Source: an uncultured Bacteroidaceae bacterium (GTDB taxonomy: Bacteria; Bacteroidota; Bacteroidia; Bacteroidales; GCA-2748055). Taken from it: a stretch of DNA of 64,000 nt. The notes under the pieces are model-generated. The model saw only the letters and a program-made list of their open reading frames with translations. It was not told the DNA's origin and made no database searches. The position numbers and the translations under genes are program-made. How positions within the stretch are numbered: the first letter of the stretch is position 1; each line of letters opens with the position of its first letter. The DNA is taken from contig CAZGKF010000006.1 in assembly GCA_964526475.1 (NCBI GenBank), forward strand, positions 25,272 to 89,271, in the 5' to 3' direction. This document shows positions 27,389 through 37,100 of this stretch, in pieces.

Positions 27389-28028
27389 CATGAAAGAAGA
27401 TAGCAAAGAAATGTGAAATACTTCCTGCTATAACTAACAAGTGCCATACCAGATGATGATAACGGAATTTCCCCTTTGCATAGAAAAATACTCCAAGGGA
27501 ATAGCAAAATCCACCGGTCAGTATCCAGATGATCCCCATCATAGACAATGATCTGGAAATGGGTATGATTGCAACGATAAAAAGCCAGCCCATGATTACA
27601 TATATGGCAACAAATAAATAATTTACTCTCCTGTCAGGTTTGGACAGACGAGTAAAGGTAAGTATGATCCCTGTTATCGCAATTGCCCATTCAATTCCAA
27701 AAAGTATCCATCCGAGCGTGCCTCTGAGAGCCACAAGTGTTAAGGGAGTGTAGGTGCCGGCAATAAGCAGGAAAATAGCTATCCGGTCTATGGTTAAAAA
27801 TAAAGTTTGAGTTTTCCCCTCTTTAAGTGCATGTAAAAGTCCTGAAGAAAGATACAGAACTACCATTGTTGCACCGAAAACAGATGTGGTTACTATATGC
27901 CACACATCACCTCTTATGGAGGAATACACGATCATCAGCACAAGCCCTGCTGTAGCTAGTACAGCGCCTGCAAGATGCGACAAGGCATTGGCGAGTTCCT
28001 CGGATTTGGTGTATCTGGTATTTTTCAA
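27372..28028 (-). CDS. Hemolysin III/PAQR-family membrane protein
   Basis: 218 aa with 7 predicted TM segments, N-terminal SEELANALSHLAG and C-terminal HHLVWHLLVIAGSISHFFAI motifs. The only available start is TTG at 28028. Confidence 0.75.
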   Translation of the reverse strand: MKNTRYTKSEELANALSHLAGAVLATAGLVLMIVYSSIRGDVWHIVTTSVFGATMVVLYLSSGLLHALKEGKTQTLFLTIDRIAIFLLIAGTYTPLTLVALRGTLGWILFGIEWAIAITGIILTFTRLSKPDRRVNYLFVAIYVIMGWLFIVAIIPISRSLSMMGIIWILTGGFCYSLGVFFYAKGKFRYHHLVWHLLVIAGSISHFFAIFFHVIPGK

Positions 28029-28167
28029 CTCAAGTATTTTAGAGCATTTTAACGACTACTTCGGGAGGTATTTCATCAGGTACATTCTTTATTGCTTCGG
28101 GAAAAACAGCAATGTTGGTTTTACTCATTTTCCTACCCATTTCAATTATTTTTTGTGCAATTTTAAT

Positions 28168-28770
28168 TTATCCACCCTTAAGTTTTTTCATTTCATTAAA
28201 ATGATCTACTACCATCTTTTCCATCTTTTCACGATTACTTTTCCGGTAGGCCTCAAATTCTTCCTTTATTCCGGTTATTTCTTTTCGGGTTTGACGGGTG
28301 ATAATACTGTTTCTTTTATATAACAACATGAGCATGACCAATAATGCACTTAAGCCTAAAACTATACCCCACATGATGGTGTTATAAAGGATCTTATTCA
28401 TCGGGATACCGAAGAAAACAAGATTATCACGATTCTCAACTGCATCGTCAAGCTCTTCACGGGTTTTTCCCAGGAGGGAGTTGAGGGAATCTTTTTCTTT
28501 TTTAATTGTTTCAGCTCTTTTCTCCAGATCAATAATCTCTTTCTTTGCGGCTGCTAAGGAATCAAGGGTGTTCTTTTTCATCTTAAGGAATATGTCCTCA
28601 CGGATGGCCCTGAAATTATTATATATATTGGTGCGCTGTTGTAAATACTCCATTTGCTCTTCCATAGTGCCGGTGCTCATAACATCAGGTGTTCTGGGTT
28701 GATCCTGGGCAAAAAGGTGAAAGACAAATAAGGTGGATGTGATGATAAGTAAAGCTGCTTTTGTTTTCAT
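28168..28770 (-). CDS. Hypothetical secreted/membrane coiled-coil protein
   Basis: 200 aa with signal peptide, a long charged coiled-coil-like middle and one TM segment (WGIVLGLSALLVMLMLLY). No family recognised. Confidence 0.5.
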   Translation of the reverse strand: MKTKAALLIITSTLFVFHLFAQDQPRTPDVMSTGTMEEQMEYLQQRTNIYNNFRAIREDIFLKMKKNTLDSLAAAKKEIIDLEKRAETIKKEKDSLNSLLGKTREELDDAVENRDNLVFFGIPMNKILYNTIMWGIVLGLSALLVMLMLLYKRNSIITRQTRKEITGIKEEFEAYRKSNREKMEKMVVDHFNEMKKLKGG

Positions 28771-28912
28771 TTGAGGCGAATTAATTATTCAAAGATAACA
28801 AGTTATTATGAAAATATCAGGATGAATTTGTTAATGAGAACGGATATAAACCTTATGGTATTGTAGAGCATACGTTTTAATTAAAAGTAAGTTTCCTTAA
28901 GTTAACGCCTAT

Positions 28913-29081
28913 GCCCCAAGGGGGAGAACCAATCAAAGGCTCTGCTTCCATATATATGTGTTCAGAATTTTATTGATAATGTGAATAATAAAATAGATGT
29001 AACTGTTATTCAACTGCTTAAAAGTCCCCCTCCTTGCTCCGCTGAAGCTTCGCGAAGGCGAGTGGGGGATTTAGGGGTATG
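28913..29081 (-). repeat. Dispersed hairpin-containing repeat, copy A (inverted relative to copies B and C), with a 32-nt palindromic insertion in the first hairpin loop
   Basis: The reverse complement aligns by eye with 55475-55614: catacccctaaatccccc...gggggac-tttaagcagttgaataacagttacatct ... gcagagcctttg ... a second C-rich/G-rich hairpin. The extra segment at 29031-29062 contains the cttcgcgaag and gaagcttc palindromes. Confidence 0.6.
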
Positions 29082-29213
29082 AATGAATTAATAAAAAAGC
29101 TTTGTTGATATTGAACATGTAATCGATGAGATGCCAATATTCCATAGTTTGATATTACTGATAATCTCAGGTTGAAAAAAATATAAAAACCAGAGAGAAA
29201 AAAAGGAAGCTAA

Positions 29214-30410
29214 TTAAAATATTGAATAATTAAATAAAAAGGCTAAATTTAAGGATGCATTCCGGGTCTTATTCAGATAATACGGGATAAAATCATTCCC
29301 CGAGAAAACATTATTCAGACCGATTTTAGTATATACATTGGCGGAAAAAGTAATCCGGCTATTAATAAGCAAAGGATATTCATACCCTATTACCAGACCA
29401 TAATCCAGACTTTTGTATTCATTGCTGATCTCATTAATGATTCCATCGAGATTTTGAGTTGCATCTTTCATAATACCTGAATAGGCTCCAAAATGCAAAC
29501 TATGTGAATTCCGATATTTATTCAGGTGATATTTTAACTGAACAATAAACGTATAATAATCCAGTTCAATCTTGTTGCTTACGTATTTACCTGATAAATA
29601 CTCATTATAATTTTGTTTGTTCTGGCTTATCCAAAAGAACTCTGTTGTAATATCCAGTCTGTTTGTAAGATTTGTTCCCATAAGAATCCCATAGCTTTTT
29701 CCGAAGGAGGGATGGGTAACAGTGAATTCAGCACTCTTCATCCCCTCTAATGTTTTATTGTTAAGCAGCCATGTGTTGGCAAGATTTCCGGAAAACCCGA
29801 CATACATAAAAGAAAAGGCTTTCTCTTTTGTTTTGTTAGGCGGTAATTTTTCTTTCTCTGGTTCATTTGTAAGAGTCTCTGCCAGAAGTTCATTCATTGA
29901 ACTGTCAATTTGGGATACAGGATAAAGTTGCCGGATCACGCTGTAGGTAACATCATATAACAGGGAAGGTGAGATGATATTTGAATCTGATAATTCGGGG
30001 TAAGGCAAAGTTTTTGTATTTTCATTATATTCAACTGCCAGGTGTATTTGAGAAGTTGATTTATTATTTGCCGGGGTTTGTTCCATTGGCTGTTTTTCAA
30101 TAGTTGATTCGATAAGAGATTTATCCGGTACTATTTTCTCTGAAGCCTGCTGAGCCAGATCAGGTTCATCAGTCGTCTGTTTTTTCATTAAATAATAGGA
30201 GATAGTCCCGAAAGCCACTGCAAAGAACAATGAAGCAGCAATAGCTGAGGCAGCCATCCACTTTTTTTTTCTCCGGGTATAAAGATTGCCATCAACTCTT
30301 TTCCATACCAGATCAATATCCAACTCGTCCTGGATTCCTTCCCACACTTTTCCAGGAGGGAATTCCTGACTGTTTTCAACTATATTCTTATACCATTGTT
30401 CCAGCTTCAT
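29214..30410 (-). CDS. Putative anti-sigma factor with single TM segment and C-terminal beta-barrel-like (porin/PorT-like) region
   Basis: 398 aa, 3 nt downstream of an ECF sigma gene. TM segment AASAIAASLFFAVAFGTISYYLM. The C-terminal ~200 aa have an alternating aromatic/hydrophobic beta-strand pattern ending in ...LAFLFNYSIF. Confidence 0.45.
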   Translation of the reverse strand: MKLEQWYKNIVENSQEFPPGKVWEGIQDELDIDLVWKRVDGNLYTRRKKKWMAASAIAASLFFAVAFGTISYYLMKKQTTDEPDLAQQASEKIVPDKSLIESTIEKQPMEQTPANNKSTSQIHLAVEYNENTKTLPYPELSDSNIISPSLLYDVTYSVIRQLYPVSQIDSSMNELLAETLTNEPEKEKLPPNKTKEKAFSFMYVGFSGNLANTWLLNNKTLEGMKSAEFTVTHPSFGKSYGILMGTNLTNRLDITTEFFWISQNKQNYNEYLSGKYVSNKIELDYYTFIVQLKYHLNKYRNSHSLHFGAYSGIMKDATQNLDGIINEISNEYKSLDYGLVIGYEYPLLINSRITFSANVYTKIGLNNVFSGNDFIPYYLNKTRNASLNLAFLFNYSIF

Positions 30411-30413
30411 TTA

Positions 30414-30959
30414 TTATCCGGTTTTTGTTTCAAGCCAGTCTTTTAATATGCTACGTGCCCGGTTATATTGCGATTTAGAGGTGCCTACAGATATTTCAAG
30501 CTTCTCCGCTATTTCCTTATGAGAATAACCCTCAAGAGCGAAAAGATTGAAAATAACTTTTGCTCCTTCAGGAAGTTTTGCTATCAATCCAAGAATTTCA
30601 TTAAACTGTAAACTTGGCAGCGCTTCATTTTCTGTATATACCTGATATTCAGCCTTATCATCATTAATAAAATTATTAACCCTTGCATTTTGCCTTAGAT
30701 GGTCAATAGCTGTATTTACAACAATTCTTCGAATCCAGCCTTCCAAAGACCCCATCCTTTTATAGTTATTAATATTTTTGAAAACTTTTATAAAGGCTTC
30801 CTGTAAAATATCCTGTGCAAGCGATCTGTCAGTTGCATAGCTTATGCATATGGCATACATCTTCTGTGCATGACGGCGGTAAAGTAATTCCTGATACCGC
30901 CTTTTGCCATTCTGACAACCACTTAGTATTTCCTCTTCGCTGTAAAGCTCAACCTTCAT
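30414..30959 (-). CDS. ECF-type RNA polymerase sigma-70 factor
   Basis: 181 aa with region 2 (DILQEAFIKVF) and region 4 (LPEGAKVIFNLFALEGYSHKEIAEKLEISVGTSKSQ). Confidence 0.85.
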   Translation of the reverse strand: MKVELYSEEEILSGCQNGKRRYQELLYRRHAQKMYAICISYATDRSLAQDILQEAFIKVFKNINNYKRMGSLEGWIRRIVVNTAIDHLRQNARVNNFINDDKAEYQVYTENEALPSLQFNEILGLIAKLPEGAKVIFNLFALEGYSHKEIAEKLEISVGTSKSQYNRARSILKDWLETKTG

Positions 30960-30965
30960 TGTTAA

Positions 30966-31670
30966 TTATTCAAAGCTCACTGTAAAAGCGTTATTTATCC
31001 GGTTAGCCAACTGACTGAAAATGGAAGTATTATTTTGCTCGCTAATAAGTAATACATTGGTTTTATCTACCATGGAAATTTCAGCACTGTTAAGGGTTAA
31101 ATAATTTGTCAGTCGGAAAAGTGCTTCAGCGTCAACTGTTACCATTGCAACAGAAAGTTTATCTTTCCTGAGAACGATGGTTTGGGCTGATTTTGCAATA
31201 GTCCGGATATTTAACTGCTCAGTAAAATTATATTCAAAACGTACAGGCGTTTGCGTAAGTTCAGAGGTTTTCATTCTGCCTTCCAGTAATAGCGGAGATG
31301 TGCGGGAATTACTCAGGTATAGTGAAATATCTATCCGGTCATAAACCCCCTGAGGTATATCAAAGCGAACATCGAAATTTGTTTTTTGATCCTTCAGATT
31401 GGCAACCAGAGGAAAAGGGAAATCAGAAATAAAATAAACGTCTTTACCATCTCTTCGTATTCCGTCAAACTCAATAGCATCAATGATCAAAGTTCCTTTG
31501 TCAATACTGTAGTATCTCTCAGCTGAAGTTTCCAGATTTGAATCTTTGTTAAGATAAGATAGCATTCCAAACTTAAATTCAACTTCTGCGGGTAATGTTA
31601 GTTCATCCTTTACGCATGAAGTTAACGCACAACAAATAACTAATAAATAATTTAATAATTTGAATTTCAT
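30966..31670 (-). CDS. Hypothetical lipoprotein
   Basis: 234 aa with lipoprotein signal (LVICCALTSCVKD). First gene of the sigma/anti-sigma unit. No family recognised. Confidence 0.5.
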   Translation of the reverse strand: MKFKLLNYLLVICCALTSCVKDELTLPAEVEFKFGMLSYLNKDSNLETSAERYYSIDKGTLIIDAIEFDGIRRDGKDVYFISDFPFPLVANLKDQKTNFDVRFDIPQGVYDRIDISLYLSNSRTSPLLLEGRMKTSELTQTPVRFEYNFTEQLNIRTIAKSAQTIVLRKDKLSVAMVTVDAEALFRLTNYLTLNSAEISMVDKTNVLLISEQNNTSIFSQLANRINNAFTVSFE

Positions 31671-31799
31671 ATTATGATTACTTTATCATACCTTAGACGA
31701 ATAAAGGTACTAAAAGGTTGGGACTATTTTGGATGAGAGGTCTCGTTTTTTCTCTTCACATCCTTCGGTTTATTGAAAAAGGAATTTAAAATTTTGTTT

Positions 31800-32255
31800 A
31801 TGAAATTGCACATTCAAAACTTTTTTGTTTTTTTCGTTATAATGGTTTTATCCACCCTGGCTTTAATCGCTCAGGATGAAAAAAAACCAATGATACATAA
31901 TTTACAGAAGACCTTTACTATCGACAGTTGTCTGCATGTTTTCTCACCCGACAAAGTTATTCAAACAAAAACGGGCTATCAGTACTGGTTTGTGGATAAA
32001 GATTTTATTGATGGAACGACAATCAAAATGAGTGTTGTTGAACCCAATTCTGCCGTTCATCCTCCTCATAAGCATGAAAGTGATGAATTTTATTTTATTC
32101 TGGAAGGAACGGCTGAGTTTTATCTAAACGGAGAAACCAGGATTGCTGGTGCTTATTCTAGTTTTTATTGTCCCTCCAACAGCAAACATGGAATAAAAAA
32201 TGCCGGGGATACCGAATTGAAATATCTGGTTATCAGGGAGTATAAGAAAGAATAG
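31800..32255 (+). CDS. Secreted cupin-domain protein
   Basis: Cupin motifs HPPHKHESDEFYFILEGTAEF and SNSKHGIKNAG. The track ORF starts at TTG 31773. ATG at 31800 gives a plausible signal peptide. Confidence 0.7.
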   Translation: MKLHIQNFFVFFVIMVLSTLALIAQDEKKPMIHNLQKTFTIDSCLHVFSPDKVIQTKTGYQYWFVDKDFIDGTTIKMSVVEPNSAVHPPHKHESDEFYFILEGTAEFYLNGETRIAGAYSSFYCPSNSKHGIKNAGDTELKYLVIREYKKE

Positions 32256-32417
32256 TTTTATTAATTATAAACATTTAATTTGAAACCTTTGGTTTTGGTT
32301 CTATGCGGATGGATGTTCATGGCAATCAAACCAAAGGTATTAAACGATATTCACATTTGAGACCTACAATTCCCCGATTAGGATTATTCCATGGAAGATG
32401 ATCCAATAGATGAGCTT

Positions 32418-33560
32418 TCACATTTTCAGCCATTTCAGACATACCGGGGCAGGAATATTCAAGGATATTCCTGTATATTCAAGCAATCCTGAAGTTTTAT
32501 CCAGCCTGAAAACCACTACATTATCAGTATCCCTGTTTGCCACAAGGATGAATTCCCCTTCGGGTTCAATTAGAAAATTACGGGGGTGCTCTCCATGTGT
32601 TGACGGGTAATCAACAATACTCAGCATTCCGTTTTCTTTGTTAATGGAATAAGTGGCAAGACTATTATGTCCGCGGTTTGATACAAATAGAAACTTACCC
32701 TCTGGATCAATATGGATATCTGCGTTTGTATTCTGATCTGTAAAATCTCCCGGTAGGGTAGAAATGGTTTGCCTCGGTGTAAGGTTACCTGTTAATGTGT
32801 CCTGATAAAATAAGCTTGTTGTGGAACTTAGTTCCTCTGCCAGGTAAACATAAGGTTTTTCCGGATGGAAAGTCATATGACGCGGTCCTGAACCTGGAAT
32901 AACCGAAGCAGATGAGGAAGAGGCAGGTTCAAGTTTGCCGGAAGAATGGTCTATGGAACATATCATAACTTTGTCTGTGCCCAGGTCTGCAACATAAACG
33001 TACGCATTATCGGGAGAGACAAGTACCGAATGAACATGGGAACCATCCTGTCTTTTTTCGTTTGCACTGCTTCCTTCATATTTCATTGTCTGAATGGTAT
33101 CGCCGATACTTCCGTCCGGATTGATTGCAAAAACAGTTAAACTGCCTGATCTGTAAAACGAAATATAGAGGTATTTTCCGGTTTTATCAAGATTTACATG
33201 ACATGCACCTGTTCCGTGAGCGGGAACCTGGTTGATAAGAGAAAGAATACCATCTTCACTGTTGATGGCGAAAGAACTTACCATCTCTTTCTGGCTACCT
33301 TCGGCATCCCTCACCCTATTGATCGAATAAAGATACTTTCCACCGGGATGAATTTCCAGAAATCCTGGTCTCACCATTTCCGGAAGTGTTTGTTTTGCAG
33401 TGAATTTAACGGAATCCCTGTCAAATTCATAGACATAAATACCCTGGCTACCTCTGTCCTGGAAAGTGCCAACATACAAATATTCTTTTTGCTTAACAAT
33501 CTCTGGTTTACAATTTGAAAACATGAGTGTAAGCAGACAAAAATAATAAAGTGATTTCAT
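32418..33560 (-). CDS. Lactonase, 7-bladed beta-propeller family (6-phosphogluconolactonase-like), secreted
   Basis: 380 aa with repeated blade pattern (KYLYSIN, KYLYISFY, AYVYVADLGTDKV, PYVYLAEELS, KFLFVSNRGHNSLA, EFILVANRDTDNVVVF) and GPRH motif. Confidence 0.75.
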   Translation of the reverse strand: MKSLYYFCLLTLMFSNCKPEIVKQKEYLYVGTFQDRGSQGIYVYEFDRDSVKFTAKQTLPEMVRPGFLEIHPGGKYLYSINRVRDAEGSQKEMVSSFAINSEDGILSLINQVPAHGTGACHVNLDKTGKYLYISFYRSGSLTVFAINPDGSIGDTIQTMKYEGSSANEKRQDGSHVHSVLVSPDNAYVYVADLGTDKVMICSIDHSSGKLEPASSSSASVIPGSGPRHMTFHPEKPYVYLAEELSSTTSLFYQDTLTGNLTPRQTISTLPGDFTDQNTNADIHIDPEGKFLFVSNRGHNSLATYSINKENGMLSIVDYPSTHGEHPRNFLIEPEGEFILVANRDTDNVVVFRLDKTSGLLEYTGISLNIPAPVCLKWLKM

Positions 33561-33668
33561 GGGAATAGATTTTAGGATTAAAAGGCAAAAAATATAGAAA
33601 AATGATTTTTGTGATATACTCTTTTCATTAATATAACACCCCTCTGTATTGAATTATGTATAACTATT

Positions 33669-34457
33669 TTACCATCCCCATATGTCAGATTCAATATGAG
33701 TTTCCAGTATAAGTTGTTTCAATTCTTCTACCATACCGGGATGTTCTGATGCAAGGTTGTTTTCTTCGCCCGGATCAACATCCAGATCAAATAATACGGT
33801 GGTAGTTTTTTCCGGGTTAAGGACATCATAAAGAACAAGTTTCCAATTGTTTTTCAGAATTGCCTGTCTTCCTCCTTTTTCATAAAATGCCCAATACAAA
33901 TAGTCGTGCTGTTTTTGTTCGTTTTGTCCTGTCAGGCTTGGTAAAAATGAAATACCGTCTATATTTGGCGGTGGTGTAATACCGGTAAGTTCAGACAAAG
34001 TTGGAAGGACATCCCAGAATGCAGAGACGTGGTCGGTTGTTGAACCGGCTTTAATTTTCTCAGGCCAGCGCACCAGCATTGGCACCCGGATACCGCCTTC
34101 ATAAAGATCCCTTTTGTAGCCCTTCAGGGGGCCATCGCTGTTAAAATAATCTGGATCAGCTCCACCCTCAAGATGGGGCCCGTTGTCGGAAGTGAAAATG
34201 ATGATGGTGTTATCACGAAGTCCCATTGCATCTATCTTATTGATGATCTGCCCAACCTGTTCATCAAGAATATGTATCATAGCCGCAAATGCAGCATGTG
34301 ATTCCATCTGAGATTCATACCCTCCTGTTGGGATAAGCTCCTGTCCATAGCATCCCATATCCCCGTAACCGAGATCATCAGCAAGGATGAAAACTATGTT
34401 AGGTGGAGGTGTTACTTTTCCGCCGCAGCCAAAACTGAGAATGGCTAATGAATTCAT
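33669..34457 (-). pseudogene. Sulfatase gene with a large in-frame internal deletion that removes the formylglycine (CxPxR) active-site region
   Basis: 262 aa. The N-terminus NIVFILADDLGYGDMGCYGQ jumps directly to ...AAFAAMIHILDEQVG...IIIFTSDNGP...YEGGIRVP.... Comparison with the intact 463-aa paralogue at 25434-26825 shows about 200 residues missing, including CTPTR and GKWHLG. Confidence 0.65.
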
Positions 34458-34476
34458 TAAAGTCAGAGGGATTATA

Positions 34477-34659
34477 TTATGCTCCTATTGCTTTCAGGGC
34501 TTCGTAAACCAGAAATGCCGGCCATACAAGGGCCTTAAGAAAACCCAGTACGCCTATCCAGAAGGTAGTGGCTGTAGAAATGAAATAGATAGCTGCCCCA
34601 ATGAATCCAAGTCCATAGACTGCACTGGAAGTGCCTCCATCGTGAATGTTTTTTCCCAT
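34477..34659 (-). CDS. Small hypothetical membrane protein
   Basis: Taking ATG at 34659 gives MGKNIHDGGTSSAVYGLGFIGAAIYFISTATTFWIGVLGFLKALVWPAFLVYEALKAIGA, with two TM segments. No family recognised. Confidence 0.4.
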   Translation of the reverse strand: MGKNIHDGGTSSAVYGLGFIGAAIYFISTATTFWIGVLGFLKALVWPAFLVYEALKAIGA

Positions 34660-35162
34660 AATTAATGTTTTTAAGAAGTTAAAAATAATAAATGAAAAAG
34701 GAAAGTTATAATCACTCAATCCTGCTCTTCTGAAAACAAATATAGATTATTTTAAGGATTAAAACATGTACTTTTGTCAAAGAAAATGTATTCTGTAATT
34801 TAATAATTTACTTGTTGAGGAAACTTATTTATTCCCGGCCTGACGCTTTTCATTTCAGCAGGTTTTTTATTTGAGAAAGGTTTTATTCCTGAAAGAAAAT
34901 ATAGCGAAAACAGGAGTATATACCTCATTAAACGATACATCATTATAATGTGTGTCTGCTTTTTAATGATGTTAAGATAGAAAAAATACTTTATTATTTT
35001 CATTATCATCCTCTAAAAATGATCTGGATGATTATATAAGGGAAAGGGCTCAGGCTTTCTCATCCACTGAAAACATGAATGATCTTATTGCTCAGGCCGG
35101 AAGCAGGAAACAGGAAACTAGTCTATCTGGAAGAAGCAATTCATGAGAGCCATGCATGAATA

Positions 35163-36335
35163 CTATATCCATTTACTGATAATCTCTGATAAGTTATCCG
35201 GTGTTAATTTTACTGGATTATTCTTGACTTCGGTATTCGCACAGATTGTTGCGATATCCTTTTCTTTCAGCTCATATTCTGAAAGAAGAGGTAATTGCAG
35301 ATCGCCGCTTAATTGGTAGATATATTGGATGAATCCGTCGATATAGTAATCATCTGACCGGTTTTCTTCATTAAGAAATATTTTACCTAACTGCGAATAT
35401 TTTTTCAATGGATTTGGGTTATCTGCGTTTCGCCTGAGTTCCCTCACGGTTATTTCATTGGCAGGAGCCATAAGCGACCCGCATATAATACCATGAGGGA
35501 TTTCGTACATTCCACCTATAGAAGAAGCAAAACCGTGAACAGCACCAAGTCCGGCATTAGCCAGACAGATACCTGAGGTGAGTGCAGCAAAGGACATACC
35601 CGTTCTTGCTTGCAGGTCATCACCATTAATATAACTGCGGACAAGTGAAGATTTTACTGCTTTTAATCCTTCCAGTGCGAGGGCATCGGTATATTCATTA
35701 GCTTTAACCGAAAGATATGCCTCCGTAAGCTGGGTGAAACAGTCCATCCCACTTGCAGAAGTTATATTTTTCGGACAGTTTATTGTCAGCTCAGGGTCAA
35801 CAATTGCTACATCAGGTACAAAATTATCATGACGTAGAGATTTTTTAAAGCCGTTCGAACCTGTTCTTGAAAGTACGGCATTTTTCGTAGCCTCGCTTCC
35901 TGTTCCGGAAGTTGTAGGTATTGCAATGTATGGAATCCTTGTACCCGGATGCTCCCTGGAGCCGACACCCTCAAGATAATCCAGAACAGATTCATTCTTG
36001 TACATCATGGCGGATATTGCTTTTCCAGCATCCATAACACTGCCACCACCTATCCCAACTACTGCTTTAATGATTTCCGGGGTAAGTTGTTGTACAGCCT
36101 GATCTATCATCTCCGGCGAGGGTTCACCTTTAATTACTATTACCTGATAAGCTATTCCGTTTTTCTTAAGTGAATTTAACAGACCTTCAGCCTGAGGAGT
36201 TTTGGAAAATGAGCTCTTGCCTGTAACCAGGATGATTTTATTCCGATATGTGTTCAGTATGCCGGGCAGCAGGGAAAATTTCCCCTTCCCAAAACAGATC
36301 TTTGGTAAACGTGTAAATTCAAATGGGTTTACCAT
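35163..36335 (-). CDS. Iron-containing (group III) alcohol dehydrogenase
   Basis: 390 aa with GIGGGSVMDAGKAIS, IPTTSGTGSE and the histidine-rich metal site region (GAVHGFAS...PHG). Confidence 0.85.
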   Translation of the reverse strand: MVNPFEFTRLPKICFGKGKFSLLPGILNTYRNKIILVTGKSSFSKTPQAEGLLNSLKKNGIAYQVIVIKGEPSPEMIDQAVQQLTPEIIKAVVGIGGGSVMDAGKAISAMMYKNESVLDYLEGVGSREHPGTRIPYIAIPTTSGTGSEATKNAVLSRTGSNGFKKSLRHDNFVPDVAIVDPELTINCPKNITSASGMDCFTQLTEAYLSVKANEYTDALALEGLKAVKSSLVRSYINGDDLQARTGMSFAALTSGICLANAGLGAVHGFASSIGGMYEIPHGIICGSLMAPANEITVRELRRNADNPNPLKKYSQLGKIFLNEENRSDDYYIDGFIQYIYQLSGDLQLPLLSEYELKEKDIATICANTEVKNNPVKLTPDNLSEIISKWI

Positions 36336-36637
36336 TTTGATATGTCGTTTGGTTCAATAATAGTATATTTTACCCCCTGCCTGGGTTCAGCCATCAGGTC
36401 TTTTACAACTTCCCTCCATGTTAAATAGTGGGGAGTGGTTTTATGAGCTGCGGAAGCTTCATCGGATTCATATGCTTCATAAATCATAAACCTGCAGGGA
36501 TCGTCTGCCTGCTGAACAAAATCAAAACGAAGATTCCCGGGTTCTTTTAAAGATTCCATGTGGTTGGCAACAGTTGCATCAATAAAACTTTTTACCCCGT
36601 CGGGTTTTACATGAACATAAACACAGCTTACTATCAT
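36329..36637 (-). CDS. Antibiotic-biosynthesis-monooxygenase (ABM) domain protein
   Basis: 102 aa with a ferredoxin-like ABM pattern (VYVHVKPDGVKSFIDATVANHMESLKEPGNLRFDF...YEAYESDEA..HK.TPHY). Overlaps the Fe-ADH start by 7 nt. Confidence 0.7.
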   Translation of the reverse strand: MIVSCVYVHVKPDGVKSFIDATVANHMESLKEPGNLRFDFVQQADDPCRFMIYEAYESDEASAAHKTTPHYLTWREVVKDLMAEPRQGVKYTIIEPNDISKW

Positions 36638-37050
36638 TAGGATGATTTTTTATGCAAAGTTAATGAAATAAGAAAAAACTACCGACTTAAACACAAATTC
36701 GTCATTTCACTTTTTCCTCTTTCCTGCATTTTAAGATTTTTTAACAAATCAGCTAAGGCATTGAAAATCAGATTAATAAAAATTTTCATTGACTGTTTTA
36801 TTATTTAATGATTCAGGATAATTATTTAAATCATAAATCATTGAAAAATAGATTATTACAGGTCTTTCTGTGAGGTGAGTATTGGGTAAATGTAAATGGG
36901 AAATTTTTCTTGTAATTTCATAATACACAGATATTCAATCAAATACAGGACATTAAACATTTTTTTTTGTCGAATCTTTTTTTTGCAGAGTTAAATTCAG
37001 AAAATATACATTTTGATATAGTTTCTATTTTTTTTTTTTAGTTCAAGTTT

Positions 37051-37058
37051 TAAATTTG
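37051..37058 (+). promoter_or_regulatory. Bacteroidota -7 promoter-like element TAnnTTTG
   Basis: taaatttg lies 43 nt upstream of the ATG at 37101, after long T-runs. Confidence 0.25.
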
Positions 37059-37086
37059 CCTTCCGGATAAAATAATAAATTAAAAT

Positions 37087-37094
37087 AAGGAGGA
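37087..37094 (+). promoter_or_regulatory. Canonical Shine-Dalgarno-like site (AAGGAGGA) before the NEW3-repeat gene
   Basis: aaggagga ends 6 nt before ATG 37101. Confidence 0.4.
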
Positions 37095-37100
37095 TATTAT

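Noticed and set aside
28039-28140. 33-codon minus-strand ORF (MGRKMSKTNIAVFPEAIKNVPDEIPPEVVVKML) between the coiled-coil protein gene and hlyIII
   Set aside because: It fills the gap neatly, but it is very short, has no recognisable family and I cannot assess its conservation. It is not reported as a feature.
34800-35009. 69-aa minus-strand ORF, and a possible + strand coding remnant at about 35010-35150, in the 440-nt gap before the Fe-ADH gene
   Set aside because: The 69-aa ORF is Ile/Lys/Tyr-rich and low-complexity. The + strand frame (…DLDDYIRERAQAFSSTENMNDLIAQAG…) has no start codon and no family I can recognise.
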